60,004 bases of DNA from an uncultured Acholeplasmatales bacterium (GTDB lineage Bacteria > Bacillota_I > Bacilli_A > ML615J-28 > CAG-698), in NCBI GenBank assembly GCA_937877075.1, contig CALEGD010000067.1, forward strand, positions 1 to 60,004, written 5' to 3'. The notes under the pieces were generated by a model. It worked only from the letters and a program-made list of their open reading frames with translations, did not search any database and was not told where the DNA came from. Shown one piece after another: positions 39,460-49,098 of the stretch. Each line of letters starts with the position of its first letter. The stretch's first letter is position 1. Position numbers and translations under genes: made by a program.

Positions 39460-40747
39460 CTTTTTCTCCGAAAACATTTTCAAGAAAAGCTAAGCTTCTT
39501 GAGGCATATGCTTTCTTCCTTTCCGTTTTTTTCATCCTTTGATTCAGCGGTTCAAAGATCCCATAATTTACATTCATCGGTTGAAAAGATTGATTTGGGG
39601 TACTGATATAGTTAGCCAGAGAACCGATGGCGGTTTTTCTGGAAAAGTCCGTTAAGTTTTTCCCTTCTAAATATCTAGAAGTATTTATACCCGCTACAAG
39701 ACCACTGGCTGCACTTTCTAGGTAACCCTCGACACCGGTAATCTGCCCGGCAAAGAAAAGATCCATTTTGGTTTTTGATTGATAATATTTATTTAAAACC
39801 TTCGGTGAGTTTATAAAGGTGTTTCGATGCATAATGCCATAACGGACAATTTCACAGTTTTCAAGGCCGGGAATTAACCTTAATATCTTTTTTTGTTCAG
39901 GAAATTTCAAGTGAGTTTGAAAGCCGACAATATTATACATAGTTTTGGCGGCGTCATCTTGACGCAATTGAACAACCGCATAGGGTTCATTACCGGTTCT
40001 GGGGTTTGCTAACCCAACGGGTTTCATCGGCCCGTATAATAGAGTTTCCCTTCCCCTTTCCGCAATATCTTCAATTGCCATACAAGCTTCAAAGACTTTT
40101 AATTCAAAATCATGAGGGGTGACTCTTTCTGCATTAATTAACGCATCATAAAATTTATCGAACTCATCTTTGGTCATCGGACAATTATAATAGGCAGCCT
40201 CACCTTTATCATAACGAGATTTTAGATAAGCTATATTCTTATTTATCGATTCTTCGGTTACAATCGGTGCGACTGCATCATAAAAATATAAATATTCCTC
40301 ACCAAAAAACTCTTTTATTTTAGAAGCCAGTTTATGACTAGTAAGAGGCCCGGATGCTATAACGGTAGGGCCGGAAGGTATATTTACTACTTCTTCACAA
40401 ACAACTTCAATTAAATCCATCCTATTTAGACAGGAAGTAATATACTCGGAAAATTGTGTTCTATCAACTGCAAGAGCACCTCCGGCTTCAATTTTCGTAG
40501 CATCCGCTGCCCTCATGATAAGTGAGTCCAGCCTCCTCATCTCTTCCTTTAAAAGCCCGACCGCATTTTCAATGCTGGCTGCCCGAAAGGAATTTGAACA
40601 AACCAGTTCCGCAAATCCAGCAGTTTTATGAGCTTCTGTGAATTTCTTGGGACGCATTTCAAAAAGACGAACCTGAATTCCGCGCATCGCCAGTTGATAG
40701 GCTGCTTCGCTTCCTGCAAGTCCGGCTCCGATTACATTTACAATCAT
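39452..40747 (-). CDS. trmFO: tRNA (uracil-5-)-methyltransferase TrmFO
   Basis: [27 protein letters not shown]-like 'NIVGFQT' and [10 protein letters not shown] motifs; start at ATG 40747. Confidence 0.96.
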   Translation of the reverse strand: MIVNVIGAGLAGSEAAYQLAMRGIQVRLFEMRPKKFTEAHKTAGFAELVCSNSFRAASIENAVGLLKEEMRRLDSLIMRAADATKIEAGGALAVDRTQFSEYITSCLNRMDLIEVVCEEVVNIPSGPTVIASGPLTSHKLASKIKEFFGEEYLYFYDAVAPIVTEESINKNIAYLKSRYDKGEAAYYNCPMTKDEFDKFYDALINAERVTPHDFELKVFEACMAIEDIAERGRETLLYGPMKPVGLANPRTGNEPYAVVQLRQDDAAKTMYNIVGFQTHLKFPEQKKILRLIPGLENCEIVRYGIMHRNTFINSPKVLNKYYQSKTKMDLFFAGQITGVEGYLESAASGLVAGINTSRYLEGKNLTDFSRKTAIGSLANYISTPNQSFQPMNVNYGIFEPLNQRMKKTERKKAYASRSLAFLENVFGEKDE

Positions 40748-40823
40748 ATTATTAAACCTCATTAATATTATACCACAAGCTTTGAGAATAAAAGAAAATA
40801 AAAAATCTTCGGATGAAGATTTT

Positions 40824-41309
40824 TTACCTGACATAAATTGTGCTTCCCGGACTTAACCAATTCTCAAGGTTTTTTCCTATAAACTCATCGTAAGTTAGAT
40901 TGTTGCTTCGGAGGATATCATCTAAAGAATCCTCCGGTTTAACCACATAAGATGCTCTCCTTCTCGGAATGCGAAGAACTTGATTTTCCTCAAGATTAAG
41001 TTTTGAAGTATCATTATATTTCATTAATAAATTTATTGGTGTATTAAGTTTCTTGGAAATCAACTCCATATTATCATGGGTTTCAATTACATATTCCTCA
41101 AAATAAAACGAATTATTTTCACCTTTCCGAGGTATGACAATTGTTTGGTTAGGATAAATAGTGGTGCCTGTTAAGTCATTAGCGCTCATTAACTCTTTAA
41201 CGGCAAGACCGTAAAGTTGAGCAATTTTGTAAAGGTTATCACCCTTTTTCACAATATAATCAATATTTTCCGTAATCCTAAAACGGGTATGGAACACATC
41301 TTTTTTCAA
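40824..41309 (-). CDS. Triple LysM peptidoglycan-binding protein
   Basis: [26 protein letters not shown] and [12 protein letters not shown] repeats; TTG start after GAGGTGA; no signal peptide. Confidence 0.88.
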   Translation of the reverse strand: MKKDVFHTRFRITENIDYIVKKGDNLYKIAQLYGLAVKELMSANDLTGTTIYPNQTIVIPRKGENNSFYFEEYVIETHDNMELISKKLNTPINLLMKYNDTSKLNLEENQVLRIPRRRASYVVKPEDSLDDILRSNNLTYDEFIGKNLENWLSPGSTIYVR

Positions 41310-41435
41310 AGATCTCACCTCGCTCTATTATACTGCTTAAACGCCTAAAGATTGTAGGCGAAAGAACAGAAACTTGGGGAAATTGTTGAACAAAGTGAAA
41401 ATAAACTTACATTCTCTTAAGATTAATTTTGAATA

Positions 41436-41878
41436 TTAAACTACTTTTAATCTTATTGGTGTAACCTCACCACTAGACTAAAAAAGTGTCACTTTTTTAT
41501 CCAGTTTACTTTTCTTTAGTATATTTAATGCTGCATTTAGTTCTGCATTAACTACCATTAGAGATTTTATATAGTTAGTTTCTTTTTATCCTTTTACCAC
41601 TGAATTTGTGATTCTAGTTTTCCTCATATGCCGGTATCTCATCATTATCAAAGAATGATGCTTTTGATGTATATGATTCTTCTTGGATTATCACTTTTAT
41701 GTTTTTACTAATAAACAAATTCTAATCTTTATCTTCTCTAGAGGAATACTTGCAAAGTTTTGACTTTTCACTTTACCGATATTGATATTTCGTTTTAATC
41801 CTTGCCTTTGGTAAAGTCCTAAGGAATTCTAATTCATGCCTTTTTAGATAAAGTTTCATTTTTAATTGTTTTATACAT
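41436..41878 (-). pseudogene. tnpB: Internally deleted, frameshifted tnpB (IS200/IS605, IS1341-like RNA-guided endonuclease)
   Basis: Fragments MYKTIK/MKLYLKRHELEFLR, NINIGKVKSQNFASIP, IKVIIQEESYTSKASFFDNDEIP, KFSGKRIKR, NAELNAALNILKKS and SGEVTPIRLKVV*, with stops and frameshifts. Confidence 0.9.
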
Positions 41879-42009
41879 CTTTTTCACCTCTTCCAAGCTA
41901 ATTATATTTTGGATTGAAGGAGAAATACAAAAGTTATAGTTATTGATTTTAGGTTAATAAAAGAGTATAGAAGATGGTTTTTCACATGCAAAAGGACTTT
42001 CCTAGTAAA
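41825..42009. repeat. Dispersed ~185-bp repeat copy 2 (tnpB element 5' end)
   Basis: Colinear identical blocks with 33944-34137. Confidence 0.9.
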
Positions 42010-42028
42010 AAAAAGTCAGGACAATGTC

Positions 42029-42931
42029 CTAACCGATTTCTTTCAATAGTTTATAATAAAAATCACTTTTCGTAAATTCTAAGAGTTCTCCGTCTTTCAA
42101 CATAAATTCCTTCAAACCCCGATCACGCATTAAAGCGTATAAGAGACAGGAATAGGTATTTTCATAATCTTTCATCAAAGCATAAATGCAACCCAAATTA
42201 TACCAAAGAGCAGCATTGTCCTTGTCTTTAGCTATTCCGGCAAGATAATAAAAACGTGCATTCTCATAATCTTGATAAACATCTTTGTGAAGCAAGGCAA
42301 GATTCATATAAGCCATAATGTAACCGTCTTTTTCAATTTCCTCAAGATAATAATCTCTGGCTGCATCGTATTTCTTTTGCTTTGATGAAATGACACCAAG
42401 ATTATAGGAAACCATCTTTTCTTTTGGGTGAAGACGGTAAGCATGTAAGGTATGCTTCAATGCGTTTTCAAGTTGATTATGTTTTTCATAGAAAGATCCA
42501 AGATTTAGATTCGCCCAAAAATGGTCGGGATTATGAAGTAAAGCCTTTTTGTAATATTCATAGGCTTGATTCTCATCATCCTCTTCGTCAGTCAAAAGCG
42601 CTAAACTGAAATAAGCCTCAGAAAAACTATCATCTTTTTTTATCGCTTCTAAATAATAGTTTTTTGCTTCGGCTTTCTTTCCAATTTCTTCATAAGCAAC
42701 TCCGAGATAATAATAAACATAGGCCAGTTGAGGGAGCACCTCAATAATCTCCCGAAAGACTTCAATTGCTTGTAGAGGTTGATTATTGTCCAGATGGACA
42801 AGACCGTAGTCAACTAAGTCATCAACCATAATCTTATGGCTAAAAGCTTCTTGGTAATATGTAATTGCTTCCCGGAAATTTCCTCTTGCCCGAGCCTTTT
42901 TTGCATTTTCAATTAAATCCGTATATCTCAT
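42029..42931 (-). CDS. Tetratricopeptide repeat protein
   Basis: Multiple 34-aa TPR patterns (YYYLGVAY, AYFSLA, NLNLG, YNLG). Confidence 0.9.
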   Translation of the reverse strand: MRYTDLIENAKKARARGNFREAITYYQEAFSHKIMVDDLVDYGLVHLDNNQPLQAIEVFREIIEVLPQLAYVYYYLGVAYEEIGKKAEAKNYYLEAIKKDDSFSEAYFSLALLTDEEDDENQAYEYYKKALLHNPDHFWANLNLGSFYEKHNQLENALKHTLHAYRLHPKEKMVSYNLGVISSKQKKYDAARDYYLEEIEKDGYIMAYMNLALLHKDVYQDYENARFYYLAGIAKDKDNAALWYNLGCIYALMKDYENTYSCLLYALMRDRGLKEFMLKDGELLEFTKSDFYYKLLKEIG

Positions 42932-43692
42932 CTAAATACCGTAATACAAAAATAGAAAATCACTGTAGAATTATTTAGGAAATGAATTCCCATTGGAACA
43001 AAAATATTGTTTTTTGATAAAGCATAAGTCCCGCAAAGAACCAGCGCCATAGTAATATATTGGAAGAAAAAGATATCAACCGCATGTAAGGCCGAAAAGA
43101 TAATTGCGGAAATCAGTACGGCAATAATCGGTTTTAAACGAAACTTTTCTTCTACAACACCATATAATAATTTCCGGAAAAGAATTTCCTCGACAAAGGG
43201 AGCAAGTAACATAACCGTTAATATCATGAAAATACCGGTGCTGGATTGCAAGGAATTCAAAATCATTTCTTGATTTTCCGAGGTTCCTGTGATTCCAAAA
43301 AGATCATAAATCATAACCATAGCAATATTAAGTAAATAAATAATGATGAAACCAAAGAGAATGGTCAGAAGATTAGATTTTAACTCTTTTTTGAAATTAC
43401 TCCAGTTCTTAACAAGATCTTTCCAGAGAAAGATAAGCATCAGGATAGCTAGCAAAATTTCGCCGATGAATTGAGAAAGGTTCTGAACCGCCCACATCAG
43501 ATCTGTCATCTCATAACCCTGACTAATTGCAGCTTCAAAATCCAAGAGAAACCCGGGATGTTTCGACTCCGCTATCCCAATTCCAGCATACATTAAAAGA
43601 ACTTGAAAAAGGTAAAATAAAACGAAACCCACAATAAAAGCCAGAAGATAAAAATTACCTTTCCCTATTTTTCTAATAATTCTTTCGCTCAT
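42928..43692 (-). CDS. CPBP (CAAX/Abi) family intramembrane metalloprotease
   Basis: APFVEEILFR, FSALH and GIHFLNN motifs. Confidence 0.9.
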   Translation of the reverse strand: MSERIIRKIGKGNFYLLAFIVGFVLFYLFQVLLMYAGIGIAESKHPGFLLDFEAAISQGYEMTDLMWAVQNLSQFIGEILLAILMLIFLWKDLVKNWSNFKKELKSNLLTILFGFIIIYLLNIAMVMIYDLFGITGTSENQEMILNSLQSSTGIFMILTVMLLAPFVEEILFRKLLYGVVEEKFRLKPIIAVLISAIIFSALHAVDIFFFQYITMALVLCGTYALSKNNIFVPMGIHFLNNSTVIFYFCITVFR

Positions 43693-43788
43693 TTTTACCT
43701 CCCCAATATATCGAAATCAGCTCTCTGAAACATTTTCAGCACTTTACTTCGTTTTAATAATAACATAATCTATCTTTTTCTTCAATGA

Positions 43789-45699
43789 TTATTTCCCGAG
43801 ATTTGCGATTTCAGCCTTTATCATTTTTACAAAATCTTCAACCGCTACCATAGTAGTAGCCACACCACCGTATTTTCGGTAGGTAAGAAGGTTTTCGGAA
43901 ACCTCTTTTTCCCCAACAACCAATTGGTAAGGTATCTTCTGGGTCTGGGCATCACGGATTTTATATCCCAATTTTTCTTCACGATTATCAATTTCTACTC
44001 TTAAGCCTTCATTAAAAAGCAAGTCCTTAATTTTCTTTACATAATCTAAATGATGTTCGCGGCTTACAGGAATCAATCTGATTTGAACAGGCGCCAACCA
44101 AGTCGGGAAAGCACCTCCGTAATGTTCAGTGATAATACCGATAAAACGTTCGAGTGAGCCGAAAATTGCCCGATGCAACATAACCGGCCTCCGTCTATCT
44201 CCTTGTTCATCTATATAGGTTAATTCAAAACGTTCCGGAAGATTCATATCAAGTTGGATTGTTCCACATTGCCAGACGCGATTCATTGAATCACGTAACT
44301 GAAAATCAAGTTTCGGTCCGTAAAAAGCTCCGTCTCCGGGGTTAATCTTAAAATCTTTCCCTGAATTCCTGCAAGCATTTGCTAGGGCTTTTTCAGATTT
44401 ATCCCAAGTTTCAACCGAACCGATATATTTTTCAAGCGGTCGAGTGGAAAGTTCTATTTTATAAGACAAATTGAAAGTTGAATAAATTTCATCAAAAAGT
44501 CTGATCAAATTTGCAACTTCTTCTTCAATTTGATCTGCGGTCAAAAAAACATGGGCATCATCTTGAGTAAAATAACGAACCCGGAAAAGCCCGTTTAAAG
44601 CACCGCTTGCCTCATGACGATGAACTAATCCCAATTCTCCGAGTCTTAAAGGGAAATCTTTATAGGAGTGAAGATGATTCCGATAGACTAAAATACCACC
44701 CGGACAATTCATCGGTTTAATTGCAAATTCATGTTTATCAATTTCCGAAGTATACATATTATCATTGTAATTATTCCAGTGTCCCGATATCTCCCAGAGT
44801 TCCTTATTCAACATAATCGGAGTTTGAACGAACTGATAACCTTCACGTGCATGTATTTTGTACCAATAATCTTCTAATGTGCGTCTTAAAACCAAGCCCT
44901 TAGGTAACCAAAACGGAAAGCCCGGACCATATTCACTAATCATAAAGAGGTCAAGTTCACGTCCGAGTTTACGGTGATCGCGTTCTGCTCTTTCCTTCAA
45001 AACTTCCAAATGCTTTTTTAATTCTTCTTCGGTAAAGAAACAAACTCCATAAATCCTCTGCAATTGTTCGTTTTCAGAATTGCCGCGCCAATAAGCACCA
45101 CTGACATTTAATAACTTAAAATATTTGAGGAGTTTTGTTCCGGAAACATGAGGCCCCCGACAAAGGTCAACAAAATTCCCATGACGATAAACAGTAATAA
45201 CTTCATCCGCTTCTAGTTCGTTAATTATTTCCTGTTTATATTTATCATTTTTAAACAATACAAGTGCGTCTTTTTTCGATATTTCTTGGCGTTCAAACTT
45301 ATAATCTTGTTGAGCAATTTTTGCCATAACCGCTTCAATTTTAGGAAGATCATCCTCATTAAACTTAATGTCATTCCCAGGATTGATATCATAATAGAAA
45401 CCCTCTTCAATAGCGGGTCCGACACCGAAACAAGCATCGGGATAAATTTTCTTAACAGCACTTGCCAACAAATGACTGCAGGAATGATTTAATGCTGTAA
45501 AAGCTTCCTCAGAATCACGAGTAATAATCTCAAGGCTAGCGTCTTTATTAATCGGACGGGTTAAGTCATAATTATCGCCGTTTACCCTTGCAAACACCGC
45601 CCGCTTCGCCAGTGAAGGTGAGATACTAGAAGCAATTTTTAATGCATCGGTTCCGTTGGGGAATTCTTTAAAACTTCCGTCAATAAATGTAATTTTCAT
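43789..45699 (-). CDS. thrS: Threonine--tRNA ligase
   Basis: HSCSHL, DLCRGPH, KPMNCP, FTQDDAH and GAFYGPK motifs; true start ATG 45699 (the longer ORF reads through the T-box). Confidence 0.98.
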   Translation of the reverse strand: MKITFIDGSFKEFPNGTDALKIASSISPSLAKRAVFARVNGDNYDLTRPINKDASLEIITRDSEEAFTALNHSCSHLLASAVKKIYPDACFGVGPAIEEGFYYDINPGNDIKFNEDDLPKIEAVMAKIAQQDYKFERQEISKKDALVLFKNDKYKQEIINELEADEVITVYRHGNFVDLCRGPHVSGTKLLKYFKLLNVSGAYWRGNSENEQLQRIYGVCFFTEEELKKHLEVLKERAERDHRKLGRELDLFMISEYGPGFPFWLPKGLVLRRTLEDYWYKIHAREGYQFVQTPIMLNKELWEISGHWNNYNDNMYTSEIDKHEFAIKPMNCPGGILVYRNHLHSYKDFPLRLGELGLVHRHEASGALNGLFRVRYFTQDDAHVFLTADQIEEEVANLIRLFDEIYSTFNLSYKIELSTRPLEKYIGSVETWDKSEKALANACRNSGKDFKINPGDGAFYGPKLDFQLRDSMNRVWQCGTIQLDMNLPERFELTYIDEQGDRRRPVMLHRAIFGSLERFIGIITEHYGGAFPTWLAPVQIRLIPVSREHHLDYVKKIKDLLFNEGLRVEIDNREEKLGYKIRDAQTQKIPYQLVVGEKEVSENLLTYRKYGGVATTMVAVEDFVKMIKAEIANLGK

Positions 45700-45715
45700 A
45701 ATATTATTCTCCTTT

Positions 45716-45930
45716 ATAAAAAAATGCATCCTTAAATAAAAGGACGCTTGTTTGCGTGGTACCACCTTGTTTCAACACTGCTGTTGCACTCTAACTCCTT
45801 AACGCGGAAAACGGAAACATCTTTCGAGTTCAACTCCATGGTAGTAATCATCGGGACTTATCGGGTAGCTCTCACTATCCTACCTTCGCTTTAAATAAGT
45901 TATTCCGACAACCATATCCACTTCATAGTT
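45716..45930 (-). promoter_or_regulatory. Thr T-box riboswitch
   Basis: T-box AAGGTGGTACCACG at 45755-45768; Thr codons ACT/ACC in the specifier region (~45840); terminator GCGTCCTT/AAGGATGC-TTTTTT. Confidence 0.92.
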
Positions 45931-45973
45931 TTTAAAATTCTTTCTATTATTATATCCCAAACTAAATTTTAGG

Positions 45974-46837
45974 TCAATCTTTTTTTTGATATTCTACTCC
46001 GGTTCGATAGTTTCGATCAGCTAGTTTCACTTCGGTCATTAAATAACGCAATCGTTCAATGATTCGGTCACTTTTCAGAACATCCAAATCGTTTTTAGAT
46101 TCCATAAAATGATTTCTAAGTTCTGAAAAACTAAAATTCGAAGTCATACATACCGGAAGATTCGCATGTAGACGATATTGAAGAACCGGTCCTAAAATTT
46201 CATCGCGAATAAAAGCTGAATTTGTATCGGCTCCGATATCATCTAGCATCAGTATATCATAATTTTTAAGCTTTATAATCATCTTCTCAAGTTCACCAGT
46301 TGCGACTGAACTCCGCAAGTGCCTAGTCAAATCCGGATAATAAGCAATGAAAACCTTCGCACCCTTTTCAGAAAGATTCTTAGCAAGTTTCATCATCAGA
46401 AAAGTTTTCCCAGTTCCGAAATGTCCATAGAAATAAATTCCCTTTGTAAACTTCCCCTTTTTATATTCATTTGTAAACTTTGTAATCTGTCTTAAAACAC
46501 CGGCTCGTGCTGGAGTAATATCGGGCTCCTTTTTCAAGAATTCACCGCTGTTTGGAAAATACTGTAAATCGAGATTGTTATGATAGTCCATTTCCAAATT
46601 GGGACAAGGTATATAACTTAATTCAACTTTATTATCGTTATATTCAAGTTGCGTGTGCAATCCGTCACAATCATTTTTGTTGCAGTCTTGGTAAATACGG
46701 TTGTTCTCTCGTTGAATAACAAACTTCCCAAGATTGTTGAGAATATTCTCTCCAGTCAGACAATTAATCTTACAAAAATTATTGATTTCCGGGTCTTTCA
46801 ATAGAAGGTTAATTAATTTTTTCTCCTCTTGATTCAT
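45974..46837 (-). CDS. dnaI: Primosomal helicase loader DnaI
   Basis: GIYFYGHFGTGKT, LMLDDIG, RDEIL..LQYR and TSN motifs; downstream of dnaB. Confidence 0.9.
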   Translation of the reverse strand: MNQEEKKLINLLLKDPEINNFCKINCLTGENILNNLGKFVIQRENNRIYQDCNKNDCDGLHTQLEYNDNKVELSYIPCPNLEMDYHNNLDLQYFPNSGEFLKKEPDITPARAGVLRQITKFTNEYKKGKFTKGIYFYGHFGTGKTFLMMKLAKNLSEKGAKVFIAYYPDLTRHLRSSVATGELEKMIIKLKNYDILMLDDIGADTNSAFIRDEILGPVLQYRLHANLPVCMTSNFSFSELRNHFMESKNDLDVLKSDRIIERLRYLMTEVKLADRNYRTGVEYQKKD

Positions 46838-46846
46838 ACTTTTCTC

Positions 46847-48130
46847 CTAGGTAAATATTTTCTTCGCCTCTTCAAGAATTTTATCAATTTCTTCTTTGGA
46901 AAGGTCTTCCTCTTTTTTGGGTAGCGAATCTAATTGCTTTTCGTATTGTTCATACCAATCTGGAACTTGGGCTTGACGTTTTTGACGGGAATAATTAGTT
47001 TTCTTTTCCGGTGTTCGATCTTTATTTAGATAATTTATTACATCCTGTGGTGTTTTAAGATTCGCCCTAGCCCAGGTATTAGCGATTTTTTCAAAGTAAT
47101 TATATCCCGGTAAAACTCCTTCTTTTTCTGCGTTTACCAATAATATCATTATATTAATGATACTTAAAGGAAAATTAGTATTATTAACCAAGTCTTCGAT
47201 TAATTTTAATTCACTGACAGATGGTTTAATACCACCATTTAATTCTTTCAATAATTCCGGAGGGGAGATATTTTCTACCATTTCAAGTAAACGAAAAGTA
47301 TCTTCATCTGTTTCACTGTTGATAAAAACATCAGCTTCTTTGGTAACGAAACGCGGTTGAGTTTTTTTGTTTTTCTTCTGGTAATATATACGAGCATTTT
47401 TAGAAATATCAGTATATTTTAAGTCCATATCGACGGTGATTGTCTTTAAGATAATGTCTTTCATTTCTTCCTCATTCAGTTGATAATTATAACTGATTGT
47501 AAGAATCTGTTGTTTAAACTCCTCATCGTCAAGTAATTTCTCGTCAAGAAAGTTGGTATCAAAGTTCATCTTAAAGAAGATATAATCAAAATCAGGATTT
47601 TTTACTTGAACCTGATTAATGTTTTTAATCTTAAAGAGTCGGGTAAAAAGATCACTAATTCCCTCGTTCTTTACAGTATAGACTTCATCAAAAGCTTTTG
47701 TAATCTCTTGATATCCTCTAATCATAGGTAGTTTTATTTCATCAATCAATCGTTTTAATTCAACTTCCCCGATTTGAGAAGTTAAAAAAGAGGATAATAA
47801 AGTATTATTAAGAAAGTCGGCTCGGGACAGAGGCGCTAAAAGTTGAAACAAATAACCTTTTTGTTCATGATAATAGGTTTTAACTAAAGACACACCTTCA
47901 AGTTTTCTGAATGTTTGTTTCAATAAAGTCGGAGTGCCCAAGTTCAAGGAATCAAGTAGTTTTTTAAAAGGATATTTTTCGTTTACCTTTAATGTACAAA
48001 GAAATATATAAAGGCTATAACTGTCAATACCGATAATGGGCAGATACATATGTGTGAGAGAAAGATACTCCTCCGCACATAAGTTTTGACTTGAAGAAAT
48101 TTTAAAAATATCATGAACATTAGTTTTCAT
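46847..48130 (-). CDS. dnaB: Replication initiation/membrane attachment protein DnaB (DnaD domain)
   Basis: LT.MYLPIIG, YFEKIANTW and VPDW motifs; Bacilli dnaB-dnaI synteny. Confidence 0.85.
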   Translation of the reverse strand: MKTNVHDIFKISSSQNLCAEEYLSLTHMYLPIIGIDSYSLYIFLCTLKVNEKYPFKKLLDSLNLGTPTLLKQTFRKLEGVSLVKTYYHEQKGYLFQLLAPLSRADFLNNTLLSSFLTSQIGEVELKRLIDEIKLPMIRGYQEITKAFDEVYTVKNEGISDLFTRLFKIKNINQVQVKNPDFDYIFFKMNFDTNFLDEKLLDDEEFKQQILTISYNYQLNEEEMKDIILKTITVDMDLKYTDISKNARIYYQKKNKKTQPRFVTKEADVFINSETDEDTFRLLEMVENISPPELLKELNGGIKPSVSELKLIEDLVNNTNFPLSIINIMILLVNAEKEGVLPGYNYFEKIANTWARANLKTPQDVINYLNKDRTPEKKTNYSRQKRQAQVPDWYEQYEKQLDSLPKKEEDLSKEEIDKILEEAKKIFT

Positions 48131-48150
48131 TTGTTGCTCCTGTTACACTT

Positions 48151-48522
48151 TTATTTATATAAAGATACTCCTTTAAACGGCAACCTTTTATCAAGCATTT
48201 CATATAAGCGAATGATGATTTTTCTTCCGGCACCGAGCGGTAAAAATTTATTGGTGGTAATTTTAATATCAATAGCAGTTTCCGTAATAGTTGGACTAAT
48301 AATGGTAAATATGCAAGTATAAGACGAAGTTTCAAAAAAAATCTCATGATGTTCGTCATTTACAGCTCTAACTTTCCCTCTTTCATCCTTAATCAATTTT
48401 AAAGACGCTTCTTTTGCTGCATTATTACGGCAACGATAATATCTTGTCCTTAGTTCAGGAAGATAATGGTTTTCGCTTGTTTCAAAATCATTGGAAAAAT
48501 AATCGCTAAATTTCATTTTCAA
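48151..48522 (-). CDS. Conserved cytosolic protein (DUF1499-like)
   Basis: FSN..ET.ENH..PELRTRYY resembles a small Bacilli protein found near coaE-nrdR-dnaB. Confidence 0.6.
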   Translation of the reverse strand: MKMKFSDYFSNDFETSENHYLPELRTRYYRCRNNAAKEASLKLIKDERGKVRAVNDEHHEIFFETSSYTCIFTIISPTITETAIDIKITTNKFLPLGAGRKIIIRLYEMLDKRLPFKGVSLYK

Positions 48523-49084
48523 TTCTCCTTAATATTCTTTCTATCTGTTCATAGGTCTCCTCCAGACCTAATTCATTATTTACCAAATAATTAGCTCGAA
48601 GCTTTTTCTCTTCAATACTCATTTGGGAAGCAATCTTCATTTTCGCATATCCCTCATCAATATTATCCCTTTTCATTAACCTCGATAATTGCGTCTCGGG
48701 GTTAGTATACACAACCAAAACCTTATCAACCAAGTATTCAAGCTGGGCTTCATAAAGTAAAGGAATGTCGATAAAAAGCAAACCATTCGCTCTTTGCGAC
48801 AATTTCTCAATTTTTTTAATCACTTTCGGATGAATAATTCGATTTAAGTCCAGACGAGCTTCAGGGCTCAGGAATATTATTTCTCCAAGCCTTTTACGGT
48901 CTATCAAACCGTCTTTTAATATGGAATCTCCAAAGCGTTGAACAACTTCACAAATAACATTCTCTTTATTTAGTTCCTCTCTGGCTAGTATATCAGCGTC
49001 GAGAACCAGATAACCCTTTCTTTTTAGATAATCAGTTACCGTTGATTTTCCCGTTCCGATTGAGCCTGTGATTCCAATTATCAT
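48506..49084 (-). CDS. coaE: Dephospho-CoA kinase
   Basis: IGITGSIGTGKST, DAD, IIHP and DIPLLYE motifs. Confidence 0.96.
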   Translation of the reverse strand: MIIGITGSIGTGKSTVTDYLKRKGYLVLDADILAREELNKENVICEVVQRFGDSILKDGLIDRKRLGEIIFLSPEARLDLNRIIHPKVIKKIEKLSQRANGLLFIDIPLLYEAQLEYLVDKVLVVYTNPETQLSRLMKRDNIDEGYAKMKIASQMSIEEKKLRANYLVNNELGLEETYEQIERILRRIENEI

Positions 49085-49098
49085 ATCCGTTCCTTTTC

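Noticed and set aside
31758-49069. 17-bp identity GTTCCGATTGAGCCTGT shared by dxr (31758) and coaE (49053)
   Set aside because: Both encode a TGSIGT nucleotide-binding loop, so this is coding convergence rather than a repeat element
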